Source: Heterodontus francisci
Taxonomy: Eukaryota
Direction of reading: 5' to 3'
NCBI RefSeq assembly: GCF_036365525.1
Contig: NC_090404.1
Span: forward strand, 12,862,550-12,926,549
Length of the DNA: 64,000 bases
The notes beneath the pieces are model-generated. The model made no database searches. It worked only from the letters and a program-made list of their open reading frames with translations, and was not told the DNA's origin. The first letter of the stretch is position 1. Every line of letters begins with the position of its first letter. The position numbers and the translations under genes were made by a program. Of this stretch, positions 61,354 through 64,000 are shown one piece after another.

Positions 61354-61610
61354 TAAAACCAAAATACTGCGAATGCTGGAAATCTGATATAAAAGCAGCA
61401 AGTGCTGGAAATACTGAGCAGCTGTGGCAGCATCTGTGGCGAGAAAAACAGAGTTAACGTTTCTGGCCTGTGACCTTCATCAGAACTGGAAAAGGTTAGA
61501 AATGCAATAGGTTTTGAGTAAGTGAAAGTGGTTTGAGGGGAGCGCGGGAGTTGGTGTGGTAAGGGAGAAGGAGAGCAAAAGGGAATGTGTGTGATAGGGC
61601 AGGGAGCAGG
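61354..61610 (-). mobile_element. Penelope 3'-terminal fragment
   Basis: Reverse-complement similarity to 50560-50811, including CTGATGAaggtcacaggccaGAAAcgttaac. Confidence 0.8.
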
Positions 61611-61799
61611 AGAGCCAGACTGCATGTGTGAATGTTTTGTTTCAATGCCTGATGAACTGATTGATGGATGAACTGATGGAGAGATGGATAGATGAAAAAT
61701 GCTGTTCGACAATCACATCTTTGTGATTGACTATTCTTAAAATGAGGTAGCCCCTTTATTTCATTTGTTCTGGCGCCTTCAGTCCTTCCTCATTTACTG

Positions 61800-62340
61800 G
61801 ATCATTTTAATCTCTAAGATATCTAGAACGAACGACCTCAATTCACAAAGAGTATCCTGGAGATATCCCTGTGGCACTGATGATCCTTCTCTCCTCATGG
61901 TAATATTTTATCTCAAAGATATAAAGGTAGAATATATCTGGGTTGAGAAGGGACATTTGTAATATTTCTGAACATGTAGTGCTTTCATGTACAACAATCA
62001 CTCAACATATCCTCACCCGAATTACAGCAGTAATGTAGATACATTTTTCGGTTTCCCCACATAAATACATATTCTCTGCGAGACTGGTACAGTCACACCA
62101 TTCTAAAGAGCACGGATAAAAGGAGCCTGAACAGTAACTTTGCACTGTAACTGTTTACCGCCATATATCCATTGCAAGTTATTGGCCACAGTGAATTATT
62201 TCCTGTAGGTATTGCACATTGTGGTCCCAAATTCAAATGTCCTTCATTCCTTTCACCACATTCATGCACTGAATGAATTGCTCACGAGTTCGGTACTTCA
62301 GTGAGATTTATTCAGGTTGTTGGTATAGGGTCACTGTGAT
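61800..62340 (-). mobile_element. Possible highly degraded retroviral env relic
   Basis: Minus-strand MYLCG..Y..(C)..VIVV followed by a basic patch (HEERR) and hydrophobic IISATGISPGYSL, resembling an SU C-terminus, cleavage site and fusion peptide; many stops. Confidence 0.3.
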
Positions 62341-63639
62341 AAGAACCTAAGCAATAGGAGCAGGATTAGTCCATTCGGCCCCTCGAGCCTACACCTCCAT
62401 TTAAGAAGATCATGGCATATCTGGTTGTGGCCTTAACTCCACTTTCTTGCCTGCCCCACCCCGTGATAACCATTGATTCCATTGTTGATCAAAAACAGAA
62501 GAACGTAAGGAATTGGAGCAAGATGGAGACATGGTTAGAGTGGACATGGTGCATCAGACGGACAGAGCTGAGCCGGTGACTTTGCTGAATATGGTGATTT
62601 CAATCACAATTTTGAATATTATTCTCAGGATAGTGCTCTATAGCATGAAGGTAATCCAGAATTCTGCTTTGCATCCGGTTGCATTTCTGTCTTAGACCTA
62701 TTTAGGGTTGGGAAAAACTGCCATATGAAAGCATGTCAGTATTCAGTAACTACTTTTACGCACAAATATTTGCTCCGAATCTATACCTTGAAACCTTTCC
62801 GAATGTTCCAAAGTGCTGCAAAATGAATGATTAATATTGAGGTATAATGGTGATTTGTTTTTAGGGGAAGGGCGCCGAGTTGATCAATACCCGATTGATC
62901 CCTCTGCCTTGTATAAGAGACTCTCTCCCATAATCTAGGATTATTAATCTGGTTTGTGCACGGTTCCTATTCCCGCTCATTACCCCGCTATCAGGGGCCT
63001 ACTAACAGGAACAGATAGACGGAGAGACATTTCCGGATCAATAGGTATTTCCCTCTTGCACGAGGGGAAAGGGTCAATTAAGTACCATATTCAAAACAAA
63101 TGATATTTCTCAAAATTTTTGTTCATCGTGTTTCCAAACATTTGATGCTTCTCAATCCATTGATGGGTCCAATCTATTGGTAGACCCACAACCATCAAAT
63201 TTCAAAAATAATTGATAGCTTGCAACCAATTGATATCTCTCGATGTATCAATGATTCCAAAGCTTTCACCACTCCCAATCGATTGATGGTTCTTAATCTA
63301 TTAAAGATCACCAATTCTTTAATGATTCATAGTCCACTGTAGACAATGACCGACTTTGTCCACATGCCTTTGGATTATTTGAAGTTCTGCCTTACCTACT
63401 AAATGATACAGCACAATTCCCAGAATGGCAGAGCTATTCTGGTGTTGGATTTAAGGTCACAACCACAGTCGGTTTCTGTACTACCAGCGGTACTGTACAT
63501 TACAGGGGGATACCTGAGAGCCCAGGACTCAGTCTGATTTAACATTGTATCTATATCTGAAGTTGAACTGTTGAATGCCTGGAGTTCCATTTACCTATTC
63601 TTTTTGATCGATATTTTAATTCGCAGCGACCCTAAATTG

Positions 63640-64000
63640 TCAGCCATAGCTCGGTTGGTAGCACTCTCTCCTCTGAGTTAGCACATTCTAGTTTCAAGTC
63701 CTGCTCCAGGACCGAGGACAAAAATTCCACTGGCAACCCCAGTGGAGTGATGCACTGGCGGCGATATTGCCTTTTAGATGGAATATGAAACTAAGGCGCT
63801 GTCTGCCCTCTCGGGTGTAAAAAATGCCCTGGTGCTATTTCGAACCAGTGCAGGGGAGTTATCCCCGGTGTCCTGATCAATATTTATCCCTCTATCAGCA
63901 TCACAAAAACGGATTACCTGGTCATTAACACATTGCTGTTTGTGCAGCTTGCTGTGCGCAAAATGGCTGCCGTGTTTCCGACATTACTGCAGTGAGGACA
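63640..64000 (+). mobile_element. DeuSINE (SacSINE1-like), cut by the window end
   Basis: tRNA-like head (gctcggttggtagcactc..gtttcaagtcc) and Deu-domain. Confidence 0.7.

Overview
Vertebrate genomic DNA, almost certainly from a cartilaginous fish. The assignment rests on shark-type CR1 LINEs, V-domain tRNA SINEs, DeuSINEs, Penelope elements and a two-exon GPR139-like receptor; the species cannot be determined from the sequence. The window is part of a T-cell receptor alpha/delta-type variable (V) segment array. It holds one apparently functional V (8862-9303, -), one V with an open frame but a dead RSS heptamer (32408-32840, -), about six V pseudogenes on both strands (one split by a young Penelope element) and an orphan leader exon. 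RSSs are of the 23-bp-spacer type. No convincing D, J or C segment is seen. Interleaved among the V segments are an intact two-exon, 323-aa GPR139-like class A GPCR gene (34398-41381, +) and a paralogous GPCR pseudogene (18740-20081, -). CTCF-like motifs lie downstream of several V RSSs in a consistent orientation. Most of the remaining sequence is nested transposable-element debris (CR1, RTE, Penelope with hammerhead cores, SINEs, a solo-LTR-like insert, a Harbinger relic), plus minisatellites and a 307-nt assembly gap. TE boundaries are approximate and were read by eye.
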